Position numbers and translations under genes: made by a program. The notes beneath the pieces are model-generated. The model was not told the origin of the DNA and did no database searches. It saw only the letters and a list, made by a program, of their open reading frames with translations. Of a stretch of 64,000 nucleotides of DNA, positions 49,373 to 58,400 are shown piece after piece. Where the stretch lies: the NCBI GenBank assembly GCA_031409655.1, contig JANNXQ010000195.1, positions 1-64,000 of the forward strand, given 5' to 3'. The stretch's first letter is position 1, and each line of letters opens with the position of its first letter. This stretch comes from Chthoniobacteraceae bacterium (GTDB lineage Bacteria; Verrucomicrobiota; Verrucomicrobiia; Chthoniobacterales; Chthoniobacteraceae).

Positions 49373-50428
49373 TTACCGATTGAGTTTCCTCGCACTTTCA
49401 CTGACGACCACGAGGAGTGCAGTCGCAAGTACAAAGACGGCGGAAATGGCGTTCAGCGAGGGATCCAGTCCCTTTTTTGCGAGCCCGAAGACTTTGATCG
49501 GCAGCGTCTCCGAGGCGGGGCTTTTGACGAAGTAAGTCACGATGACTTCGTCCATCGAAAGAGTGAAAGACATGAGCGCGCCGGAGACGATCGCGGGCAG
49601 GAGGTAAGGAACCATGACCAGCCAGAAGGCTTTGAGTGGCGGCGCACCGAGGTCCATGGCGGCTTCCTCGAGAAAGGGATCGACGCCGGCAAGCCGCGCC
49701 TGCACCGCCACGAGGACAAAGGGGAAGCAAAAGGTGACGTGCGCGATGATGATCGTCGCGAAACCGAGGCCGAAACCGTCTTGATTGACCGTCGCGAAAC
49801 TTCCCGCCAAACCCGGTGAGGCGGCGCGATAGACCCAGACCGCGGCGGCGAGCCCGGCAGCCAGACTGACCCCGAGCCACCAACTGGCTCCGCGACCGAA
49901 GCGGTTCAGCACCCAGGCGACCAGCGCGCCAATGCCGCCGGCGAGCAGGCCCGCGGAGATCAGGCCGGCGCCGGAGAAGACCGTGTCCGGCCAGTCCAGT
50001 TTGATGAGGAAATCGGTCAGCGGAGTGGCGAGCGTGGAAAAGAGGATCATGAGGCTCACACCCATGATGATCTCCGGGATGACCATGGGGATGAAGATGA
50101 GCGTATTCAGGGCGCGCAGGGCAGGGTAGCGGTAGCGGTGGAGGAGCCAGGCGCCGATGGTGCCGAAGAAGACGGAAAGGATCGTCGTGGCGGTGGCGAT
50201 GATGAGGCTGTTGTGCATCGCTTCGATGAGCGAGTCGCTCTCCGCGAGCTTGCGATACCAATCAAAAGTGAACCCCGTCCACTGGGTGAGGAGGCGCGAC
50301 TTATTAAAAGAATAGACGATCAGCAGGACGATCGGGAGATAGAGGAAGGCGAACACCAGAGCGGTCCAGCCGCCGCAGAGGAGATTCACCAGACGCATGC
50401 CAGTAGGAAGTCGTAAGGCGCGGCTCAT
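49373..50428 (-). CDS. Polyamine ABC transporter permease (PotC-like) with internal TM insertion
   Basis: FLYLPI, PEIIMGVSL, IAHVTF, EEAAMDLGA, FTLSMDE, TLPI. Confidence 0.9.
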   Translation of the reverse strand: MSRALRLPTGMRLVNLLCGGWTALVFAFLYLPIVLLIVYSFNKSRLLTQWTGFTFDWYRKLAESDSLIEAMHNSLIIATATTILSVFFGTIGAWLLHRYRYPALRALNTLIFIPMVIPEIIMGVSLMILFSTLATPLTDFLIKLDWPDTVFSGAGLISAGLLAGGIGALVAWVLNRFGRGASWWLGVSLAAGLAAAVWVYRAASPGLAGSFATVNQDGFGLGFATIIIAHVTFCFPFVLVAVQARLAGVDPFLEEAAMDLGAPPLKAFWLVMVPYLLPAIVSGALMSFTLSMDEVIVTYFVKSPASETLPIKVFGLAKKGLDPSLNAISAVFVLATALLVVVSESARKLNR

Positions 50429-50510
50429 GAAAGTGCCGCGAGTCTGAAGCGGAAATGGAACGCAATCTCAACCTCCAATGGAGCGGATCGCTGAGATGGG
50501 CGCGAAGCGA

Positions 50511-51884
50511 TCATGGCTCCAGTGCCCTCCACTGCATCGCCTGCTCGACGGTGGTGAAGCGGACGAAGCCGCGGCCGCCGGGGCGTCCGTTTCCGGATTG
50601 GCCGAGGCCGCCGAAGGGCAGCGTGGAGGGCGAGAAGGTGGTGGGGAGGTTTGCGTAGAGATTTCCAACGGGCAGTTCGTCCGCGAGACGGTGGAAGGTC
50701 TCGCTGGAGCGCGTGAAGATGGAGGCGGTGAGGCCAAAGGGAGAGGTGTTGTGCCTGGTCACGGCCTCGTCGAGATCGGTGAAGGTTTCGTATTCGACGA
50801 CGGGCGCGAAGCACTCGGTATCGGGCGCGGTGCTGCCGCGGCGTACCCCAGGACGGACGTAGTGGCCACGTTTTCCACCCACCTCGCCGACGACTCCGCC
50901 GGGGATGATCCAGTCGGCCCGCACGGCGGTGAGCGCCTGGAATCGGGTGAAGGCAGCGGCGCTGATCAAGGGGCCGAGTTTCGTCTCTGGCTTGAGGGGA
51001 TCGCCGGGCTGAAACTTGGCGAACGCAGTGGCGAGTAACTCCTCAAACTTCGCAGAAACTCGCGCATCGACGAGCACGCGACTGGTGGCATTGCAACGCT
51101 GGCCGCAGGTGAGGCAGGCACCGTCGGCGACGGCTTCGGCGGCGAGGGCGAGATCGGCATCGGCGCAGACGATGGCGGCGTTGCGACCGCCGAGTTCGAG
51201 GGCGAGTTCTTTGGAAAAATCCGCCGCGAGGGACTGAGCCAGCGCCCGACCGACGGGCACCGAACCGGTGAAGCACACCGCGCGGACGTGGGGATCGAGG
51301 CAGAGCGCCTGCCCTTCATGAGCACCACCTTGCACGATCTGAAAGACGCCGGGCGGCAGACCGTGTTGCAGGATCTCGGCGTAACGTCCGGCGACCACCG
51401 CGGCGAGTGGCGAGGGTTTGAGGATCGTGGGATTGCCCGCGAGCAAATGCGCGAGCACGGCCCCATTGCCGAGGTGCAGGGGAAAGTTGAACGGTGCGAT
51501 CACGACTGCCGGTCCGCGGGCCAGTCGCCGGACAAGCGCGGGATGCGGTCCGCCGGTTACGTCGGGCTGCGCGAGGTGCTGTGCAACGTCTTCAAAGGTC
51601 AGGTCAAATTTTGCCAGCACCGCGCCGACTTCACCGAGCGCTTCGGTGATCGGCTTGCCGGTCTCGATCGCGATGCCGCGGGCGAGTTCGTCTTTGTGGC
51701 GCGCGAGTTCTGTCTGGATGGCGCGGAGACTCTCGATGCGTTGAGGCAGCGGTGTCCGCGACCACATTTTCGCCGCTCCCACGGCCGCGACGATCGCTGG
51801 CGCGACGGGTGTCGCCTGCATCTCGGGGAGTGCCACCGAAAGATCGCCTGGGCTGCGGTTGATCCACGGTGGCGTCATCTTCAT
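50511..51884 (-). CDS. Aldehyde dehydrogenase (AstD-like C-terminal motif)
   Basis: PFNFP, KPS, FTGS, ELGG, GQRC, PFGGLGQSGNGRP. Confidence 0.9.
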   Translation of the reverse strand: MKMTPPWINRSPGDLSVALPEMQATPVAPAIVAAVGAAKMWSRTPLPQRIESLRAIQTELARHKDELARGIAIETGKPITEALGEVGAVLAKFDLTFEDVAQHLAQPDVTGGPHPALVRRLARGPAVVIAPFNFPLHLGNGAVLAHLLAGNPTILKPSPLAAVVAGRYAEILQHGLPPGVFQIVQGGAHEGQALCLDPHVRAVCFTGSVPVGRALAQSLAADFSKELALELGGRNAAIVCADADLALAAEAVADGACLTCGQRCNATSRVLVDARVSAKFEELLATAFAKFQPGDPLKPETKLGPLISAAAFTRFQALTAVRADWIIPGGVVGEVGGKRGHYVRPGVRRGSTAPDTECFAPVVEYETFTDLDEAVTRHNTSPFGLTASIFTRSSETFHRLADELPVGNLYANLPTTFSPSTLPFGGLGQSGNGRPGGRGFVRFTTVEQAMQWRALEP

Positions 51885-51887
51885 ACG

Positions 51888-52808
51888 TCAGCCGGGATAG
51901 ACGCTCCGCCACGCGGCAAACGTGTTCAGATGCACCCGGACGACTTTGGTCACGTCTTCCGTATAGCCCCCGGCGAGCACCCACGCGACGGGAATTCCGT
52001 GCGATCGCGCAAATTCAAAAACAAAGCGATCGCGCGCCAGGAGGTCGTCGTGATCGAGAGCGAGCGGCGAGTAGGGGTCTTCAAAATACGGATCCGCACC
52101 GGCCTGATAGATCAGCAACTCGGGCCGGCGCGCGGCGATCAGCGGCAGCGCTTCCCGCATGACGTCGAGCATCTCCTGCCGATCGCAGCCGCCCGGCAGC
52201 GCGCAGGAGCGATGATTCACCCCGTCCTCGTGGTGCCGCACGGAGACATCGCGGTAGGGGACGTTTTCCCAGTAGTCGTTGCCGTAGATGGAGAGGGCGA
52301 AAAGGTGCGGACGTTCGGCGACGAGCTGGGCGGTGCCATTGCCGTAGTGCAGGTCCATGTCGAGGATCGCGGCGGTTTCCAGATCACCGGACGCGACCAG
52401 CGCATCGAGCGTGACGACGAGGCCATTGAAAGTGCAGAAGCCTTCGCCGTGATCCTCGCAGGCGTGATGGAAGCCACTGACGAGCGCTGCCGACGCGCCG
52501 TCGCGGAGGGCCTGCCGGGCCGCGGCCAGGCAGCCGCCGCTGGTCAGACACACACTCGGAAAGAGTTCCGGCGACCACGGGAATTTCTGCGACTCGGCGA
52601 GCCAGTCCGGTTCGCCGCTGCTGATCGCGGTGATGTATTCGGGAGTGTGGACCCGGAGTAAATCCTGCGGCGTGACCGGCGTTGGTTCGACGAGCCGGAT
52701 GTCTGAAGCGTCGCGCAGGCCCTCGGCCACGAGGCCGAACTTGCGGATCGGCATGACGTGGTCGCCGATCGGAGCGGCGTAGCCGGGGTGGTAAAATGCG
52801 GTCAGCAT
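51888..52808 (-). CDS. Histone deacetylase-family amidohydrolase
   Basis: GFHHA, GFCTFN, DMDLHYGNGT, AGADP, AGGY. Confidence 0.92.
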   Translation of the reverse strand: MLTAFYHPGYAAPIGDHVMPIRKFGLVAEGLRDASDIRLVEPTPVTPQDLLRVHTPEYITAISSGEPDWLAESQKFPWSPELFPSVCLTSGGCLAAARQALRDGASAALVSGFHHACEDHGEGFCTFNGLVVTLDALVASGDLETAAILDMDLHYGNGTAQLVAERPHLFALSIYGNDYWENVPYRDVSVRHHEDGVNHRSCALPGGCDRQEMLDVMREALPLIAARRPELLIYQAGADPYFEDPYSPLALDHDDLLARDRFVFEFARSHGIPVAWVLAGGYTEDVTKVVRVHLNTFAAWRSVYPG

Positions 52809-52861
52809 CCTGGCACGAAGCTACGCGGGCGGAGTGGGCGCGGGCGAGCAGTTCTGCTCGG

Positions 52862-54412
52862 CTAGGCGCTGGGCGGGTCCTCGCGGCTGGACGGAGGAGG
52901 CGCAGTCTCCTCCGCCGCGGGCAACTGGATCGCGACTTCGAGCCCGTGCGGTTCGCGGTTGTGCGCGGTGACGGTGCCGCAGCAGGAGTCGATACAGGCT
53001 TTCACGATCGCGAGTCCGAGTCCGGTGCCGCCCGTCTCCCGGGTGCGTGCGGTGTCGAGCCGGTAGAAGGCGTCGAAGATGCGCAGCAGTTCGGCGTCGG
53101 GCACTCCGGGGCCGCAGTCCGTGACGGTGATCGTTGCTTCATCGCCGGTGCGCTCGGCGCGGATCACGATCGGGCCAGCTTGGCCGGCGTGGCGGATGGC
53201 ATTGCGCAGGAGATTGGCGAGCGCCCGGATGAGCAGGTCCGAATCGGCGGACACGAAGAGTTCGGCGGGCACGGCGATGCGCAGGTCGGCGTCTTCCGTC
53301 TGCTCGCGGCGCACGGCTTCCTCGGCCGCGGCGCGCACGCTCAGCGGCTGCAGCTTCACGGTCTGCGCGCCATACGAGGCTTTGGAAAAAGAGAGCAACT
53401 CGCACACCAGGGTGGCGATCTGCTCGGCCTTCTCGCTGGCGGATTTTACAAATGCCGCGTCGCCGCCCGTGACGCGCTGCTCCAGCACGCCGAGCGCGAG
53501 TTGCAGTCGCGCGAGCGGCGAACACAACTCGTGGGCCACATCCCCGAGGAAACGTTTTTGCCCGGTGATGAGGCCGTCGAGCCGGGTGGCCATCTGGTCG
53601 ATCGACGTGCCGAGCGCGCCGAGTTCGTCGTGGCGGCGCATGTTCAGCCGCACATCGAAGCGACCTTCGGCGATCCGCCGCGTGGCCTGCATCATCCGGC
53701 CCACGGTGCGCGTGATACCGCGGACCAGCGGCAGCCAGAAGACGAGGGAAAAGACGAAGGCCCCCAGACCGAGAGCGAGCCACGGTTTGGGGTCGAAGAT
53801 CAGCCCGCCGGCGCTGATCGAATTCGACCGCGCCACCACGACGACGCGCATCGGATCGCCAGCCAGTGGATTATCGAGCCGGGAACTCGTGAGCAGCCAG
53901 TAGTAGGTGGGGCTCGTCGTGCGCATGATCGCGCGCAGCGGAGGGCGCATCCACCAGCGGCGCTGCGGGTCGCCAGGGCGGACCGCAGGCACCGCCGGGG
54001 GCGCCGAAGTCGCATCCGTCGCGCGTGGCTCTGGCGGGCGCGGTTCCGGAGTGCGCCGCCCCGCATAGGGCAGCGGGCGCTCGACGATCCGCTGCCGCAC
54101 CTCAGCGGGGATCTCGGCGATGTCGCCGACGAGGAGATTTCCGTCATCGTCGCAGAGCGCGAAGGTCACATGGTGGGCTTCGCTGTAGCGCTGGAGCACG
54201 CGCTGCCACTCATCGGGCGCGGTGTATTCCACTTCGCCGATGATCAGATCGCGCATCGCCTCCATCCGCTCGCGCGCGCCGGAGGCCAGCAGCCAGTCGA
54301 GGTGAAAATGAAACTGCGCGTCGAAGAGCAGCGCCACGACGACGCCGAGCACGACGAGATTCAGGAAGAACCAGCCGAGGATCTTCGCGTAGAGGGGGAG
54401 AGGGACGCGCAT
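52862..54412 (-). CDS. Membrane sensor histidine kinase (HAMP-HisKA-HATPase)
   Basis: Two TMs, HAMP (DELGALG), DVAHELCSPL, NLLRNA, DCGPG, GGTGLGLAI. Confidence 0.94.
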   Translation of the reverse strand: MRVPLPLYAKILGWFFLNLVVLGVVVALLFDAQFHFHLDWLLASGARERMEAMRDLIIGEVEYTAPDEWQRVLQRYSEAHHVTFALCDDDGNLLVGDIAEIPAEVRQRIVERPLPYAGRRTPEPRPPEPRATDATSAPPAVPAVRPGDPQRRWWMRPPLRAIMRTTSPTYYWLLTSSRLDNPLAGDPMRVVVVARSNSISAGGLIFDPKPWLALGLGAFVFSLVFWLPLVRGITRTVGRMMQATRRIAEGRFDVRLNMRRHDELGALGTSIDQMATRLDGLITGQKRFLGDVAHELCSPLARLQLALGVLEQRVTGGDAAFVKSASEKAEQIATLVCELLSFSKASYGAQTVKLQPLSVRAAAEEAVRREQTEDADLRIAVPAELFVSADSDLLIRALANLLRNAIRHAGQAGPIVIRAERTGDEATITVTDCGPGVPDAELLRIFDAFYRLDTARTRETGGTGLGLAIVKACIDSCCGTVTAHNREPHGLEVAIQLPAAEETAPPPSSREDPPSA

Positions 54413-54468
54413 CGGGTGGGCTTAGCGAGGCCGTGGAAAATGCGGGATCCCGGTTCCGAGCGAAGGGG

Positions 54469-54549
54469 AAAACGTCAAACGCCAAACGACCCGGCGACCG
54501 TGGGCTTCAGCGTTTGGCGTTTGGCGTTTGGCGTTTGAAGTTTGGCGTT
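54469..54549. repeat. 7-nt periodic inverted repeat (CAAACGC / GCGTTTG family)
   Basis: aaaacgt-caaacgc-caaacg ... (gcgtttg)x4-aagtttg-gcgtt; lies between the regulator and kinase genes. Confidence 0.85.
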
Positions 54550-54620
54550 CAATTCCCCACATCCCGAAATCGCGGTGTCGGTTTTCGGCCATAAAATGTT
54601 CGATGTCCGGCATCTCTTCC

Positions 54621-55364
54621 TCACTCCGCTTCCGGATTGATCAGCATGTACCCCACCGCCCGAATCGTCCGGATAAAGTGCGGCGCTTTCGGATCGTCCC
54701 CGAGCTTCCGCCGGAGCGCGACGATGTGGACGTCGATCGAGCGATCCAGGCCGTCGTATTCGCGATCGGCGATCGTCGCGATGAGTTGCTCCCGCGATTT
54801 CACCCGGCCGCGGGAGCGCGCGAGGCAGGCGAGTAATTCAAACTCCAGCATCGTTAGGGTCAGTGGCTTGTCGCCGAGGATGGCGACACGGGCGTTGGGA
54901 TTGATTCGGAGTTTGCCGACGACGATCTCTGGTTCGGGAGCGTCGGTCTTCGTTTCGGAATTGCGCGACACGCGGCGGGTCACGGCGCGGAGCCGGGCGA
55001 GCAATTCGCGGGATGAAAATGTCTTCGGCAGATAATCGTCCGCACCCATTTCGAGGCCCACGATGCGATCCGTTTCTTCGCCGCGCGAGGTGAGCATGAG
55101 GATCGGCACATTCGAGCGCGCGCGCAATTTCCGGAGCACTTCAAAGCCATCGAAGCCCGGCAGATTCACATCAAGGATGACGGCGTCGAATTTCTCCGCC
55201 AGCGCGCGTTCCGTGCCACCCGGTCCGGTGTGCTCGGCGAGCACCTGGTAGCCGAGCGGTTCGAGATACGCGTGAATGAGAGAGCACAGCTCCCGGTCAT
55301 CGTCGATCACCAGCACGCGCGTCGGACTGTCGGCGGTGTGCGGATTGGCAGTGATGTGAGACAT
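54621..55364 (-). CDS. OmpR/CpxR-family response regulator
   Basis: VIDDD, ILDVNLPGFDG, GADDYLPK, EFELL, DRSIDVHI, IRTIRAVGY. Confidence 0.95.
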   Translation of the reverse strand: MSHITANPHTADSPTRVLVIDDDRELCSLIHAYLEPLGYQVLAEHTGPGGTERALAEKFDAVILDVNLPGFDGFEVLRKLRARSNVPILMLTSRGEETDRIVGLEMGADDYLPKTFSSRELLARLRAVTRRVSRNSETKTDAPEPEIVVGKLRINPNARVAILGDKPLTLTMLEFELLACLARSRGRVKSREQLIATIADREYDGLDRSIDVHIVALRRKLGDDPKAPHFIRTIRAVGYMLINPEAE

Positions 55365-55453
55365 GGGTGGAGAGAGGCGGCGCAAAGCCTTAGCAAATCA
55401 TGAATCGCCCGGAAGGAAACACTGCGCGCGCAGCCCGCGTCGCGGGCGGCAAG

Positions 55454-58400
55454 CTAAGGTGCGGGTGCGGTCTGCAACTCCACCGCGCCCGCGGACGCCG
55501 GGCCGGAGAAGCAGCCGGCACCGCGGTTTTCGTCGGATAGGATCACCCCTTGCACACGTGTGCTGCGCTGTGTCGCAGGATGCTGAAAGCGGCCGGTGAA
55601 AAGCCCCGTCGCCGGTTGCAGCGTGAGCGTGAGAGCGAGCGGGCCGGTGAGCGTCGTCGCCCGCGGCCGCGCGAGCGGAGCGGAGACGACGGGCTGCGGG
55701 AGACCGCCGCCGGTGAGTGTCACCTGCACGGCGGCAGCGGCGGGGAAAAGCGGCGCAGTGGCCGGCAGCGCGGACCCTGCGATGACGATCGGCGTGTCCC
55801 AGCCGAAGTCGGTGGCGCTCGCGGGTTTGTACCAGGTGGCCTCACCGGCTACATCCCACGGCAGCGCGGCACTGAGCCGCACCTCGCCGCGGAAGGTGCC
55901 GCGGCGCGTGGAGAGCGGGAGGAAAATGGCCCAGCCTCCATCGTGCCCGAGCATCGAGCCGTGCGTGAAAGGCGTGCCATCACCCAGCTTGCCACTCATC
56001 CACACCCGGCCACCCTTGTTGACCGATACGAGCGCAAACCCGTGGCCGGCGGGCGCGTGATCACCGGTGCCGGGAGCGAAGGCCAGTGTGTAGCGGCCCG
56101 CGGCCGGCGCGGGATTGCGCGCGGCGTGGAAGGTCTGGCGCGCGGCGTCGAAAGTGGACGAAACAAAATCGTGATCCACCGAGCCAGTAATGCGCGGGTG
56201 CTCCGGGTCGGTGAGATCCACGTCGAGTTGCAAGATGAGCGGCTCCTGCCCGGCGCGTGGTAGCAGCAGCTCGAGCCGACGCCGTGCGTCGAGCTCTCCG
56301 CGCCAGCTCCAGCGCCGCCCTTCCAGAGCGAGTGTGCCCGTGACCGCGCCGCGCGCTCCCACCGTGAAATCCACCAGGCCGCTGGAGTTCCACGACCCGG
56401 TCGGGCTTTCGACCAGGGCGCGGTAGCGGCCGCGCGTGGCCTCGATCGCGGGCTGGTCGCCGTCGAGGATGGTGACCGTGACGGTGGGGGGCAGTTCGAG
56501 CATCGGGGGAAAGGCCGGAGGCGAAAGCGTGATCACGAACTGCTCCGCCGGCTCGAACTTGCCGTCGCGGGAGATCGGGATGTCGAACGCGCGGCTGGTC
56601 TGGCCGTCCAGGAAAGTGACCGCGGCAGTGGTGAGCGAAAAGTCGGAGCCCGCGGCGGCCACATTCTTCCCGGTGCGGGGCGCGATCGCGAGACTCACGG
56701 TAGCGTCCCCATCGCTTCCGTGGCTGCGCTCGATCCGGAGCCGCACTACGCCCGCATCTTCCGACACCGTGATCGCGTCGGTGGAAAAGTGCAGCACGCC
56801 CCGCTGCGGCAGGTCGTTGTCCTGGATGGTGACGAACCGCGTGCGATCCGATGGCCAGAGCTGTGCGCCCTCCGCCTCCGAGAGCTGCACCGAGAATGCT
56901 TCGGCCTGCTCGTAAGCGAAATCGTCGGTGATCGCGATCGGGATGGTGTGCGCGCTCTCGCCGTCCTCGAAAGTGAGCGTGCCGCTCACGGGCGTGAAAT
57001 CTTCCCCGCTCAGCGCCTTGCCCGGCAGCGTCTCGTAGCGCACCGAGGCGCGGCCCTGCGTGGAGCCGATGCGCTGCACGCTTACCGCAAAGCTCGTGGT
57101 GCCTTCGCGCACGAGGTCGCCGGTGCCGGGCGGGAAGCGGAACGCGCCGCGCTGCGGCCCGAGCAGGAGCAGGGCGGTGTCTTCCTGCGCCACGCGATCG
57201 ATTTCAAAAAAGTCGCCACCGACGAGCAGCCCGGCCGCGGGCAGCACGGCCAGCGCGGTGAAACGCCCCTGTCCATTGGGCTGCCCCGGCGGCAAGTCGA
57301 AAGTCGGATCGTGCGCGCCGGTCGGCTCCAGTCGCAAGAGCCCGCCGCGGCTGCGGTAGTCGAAAAACGCCGCCAGGATTCCGCCGTCGGCCTGCAAGGC
57401 GATCGCCTCCACCGCCGAGGTCAGCACCGCGCTCGGCTTGAAGGTAGGATCGACCCGCCCTGTCGGGAGCAGCCGCACGAGGCTCGCGCGCGGCACGCCA
57501 TTCACCCCCTCGAATGAGCCGCCCACGAGCAGGCGCCCATCGGCATCGAGCTGCAGGCACGTGGGCTGGTTCGCGGCCGACGTCGGGATGGTCGGCATCT
57601 CCCAGGCAGGATCCGCCGTCCCATCCGCACGCAAATGCGCCACCCGAGTGTTCGGGGCGCCGTGGTAGATCGAACCGTCGGGGGCGACGATCATTTTCCG
57701 GATGCCGCTCGCCACCGTGGGTTGGAAGGTCGGATCGAGCGTGCCATCGGCGAGCAGCCGCGCGAGAAAGCGCCGCGGCACGCCGCCGACGGTGCCGAAA
57801 ACTCCCGCAAAGACGATCCGGCCATCCGGCTGCGCGCCGACCCCGTACACGGGGCCATTGGGCCCGGGCGTCGGCGGGTGGAAGGCGGCGTCTAGCGTGC
57901 CATCGGACGCCAGCCGCACAAAGCTGGCTCGCTCCAGCGTGAGGCTTTGCCCGGCGAGGATCAGCGTGCCGTCGGTATACACCGCCATCGACTGGGCGAA
58001 GCCGGCATAGTGGAAGATGGTGAAAGTCGGATCGAGCTGCCCATCCGCATTCAAGCGCACGACCGCGTGCGGCGCGTCCACCGTGCCCGGCGCCACCGTG
58101 AAAGTGCCCGCGACCACGACTTTGCCATCCCGCTGCGCCACCAGCGCGTCGATGTGCGGATTCACCCCGAGCCCCGCGGTCCCGGCAAACGAGCCTGGAT
58201 CGTCGATGTCGTAGATGGTCACCAAGGCGCTCGGGACCGGATCGAGGCTGGCCCCGCCGGCGCCGCCGCCGAGCGAGATGAAAAACACTTCATCGCCCTC
58301 GTTCACACCGTCGGTGGCGATCGGGATCGCCACCGTCTGCTCCGTCACTCCGTCTTCAAAAATGAGCGTGCCCGTGGTCGCTGCGAAATCCGCGCCCGCC

